A stretch of DNA of 64,000 nucleotides from Octopus bimaculoides (lineage: Eukaryota). A model generated the notes under the pieces. That model ran no database searches, was not told the DNA's origin, and saw only the letters and a program-made list of their open reading frames with translations. The stretch's first letter is position 1; the number at the start of each line of letters is the position of its first letter. Positions 63,870 to 64,000 of the stretch are shown here, one piece after another. Where the stretch lies: NCBI RefSeq assembly GCF_001194135.2, contig NC_068987.1:2689596-2753595 (forward strand), read 5' to 3'. The position numbers and the translations under genes were made by a program.

Positions 63870-64000
63870 GCAGACCAGGCGAAATGCTTAGCGGTATTTC
63901 GTCTGTCTTTGCGTTCAGAGTTCAAATTCCGCCGAGATCGACTTTCTCATTCACCCTTTCGAGATCGATAAAAATAAGTACCAGTTGCGTACTGGGGTGG
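63870..64000 (+). mobile_element. SINE family B, truncated by the window end
   Basis: GAAATGCTTAGCGGTATTTCGTCTG...GAGTTCAAATTCCGCCGAGATCGAC...AATAAGTACCAGTTG. Confidence 0.88.

Overview
AT-rich eukaryotic genomic DNA from a gapped draft assembly (18 N-runs, almost all beside microsatellites). The repeat content (tRNA-headed SINEs, RTE-LINE 3' ends with (GAT)n tails, very dense (CA)n/(TA)n/(GA)n/(AAT)n) looks like an octopod cephalopod (Octopus-like). That assignment is recognition-based inference, not a database result. I find no intact protein-coding gene, intact RNA gene or CRISPR array. The ORF-track hits are microsatellite or gap artefacts, or decayed transposon fragments, so the window reads as a long intron or gene desert. 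Recognisable relics include RTE, CR1/L2/Jockey-group and HERO-like LINEs, Tc1, hAT and piggyBac-type MITEs, several SINE families and a tRNA-Val-like pseudogene. The signals most worth following up are: (1) a minus-strand AG|GTAAGT recursive-splice-like site followed by a 42-nt cryptic exon; (2) several decayed Penelope-type minimal hammerhead motifs, one inside a 71-bp near-perfect inverted repeat; (3) two inverted arrays of one 35-bp minisatellite forming a foldback-like element; (4) two back-to-back NF-kB consensus sites. Repeat boundaries were read by eye and are approximate.
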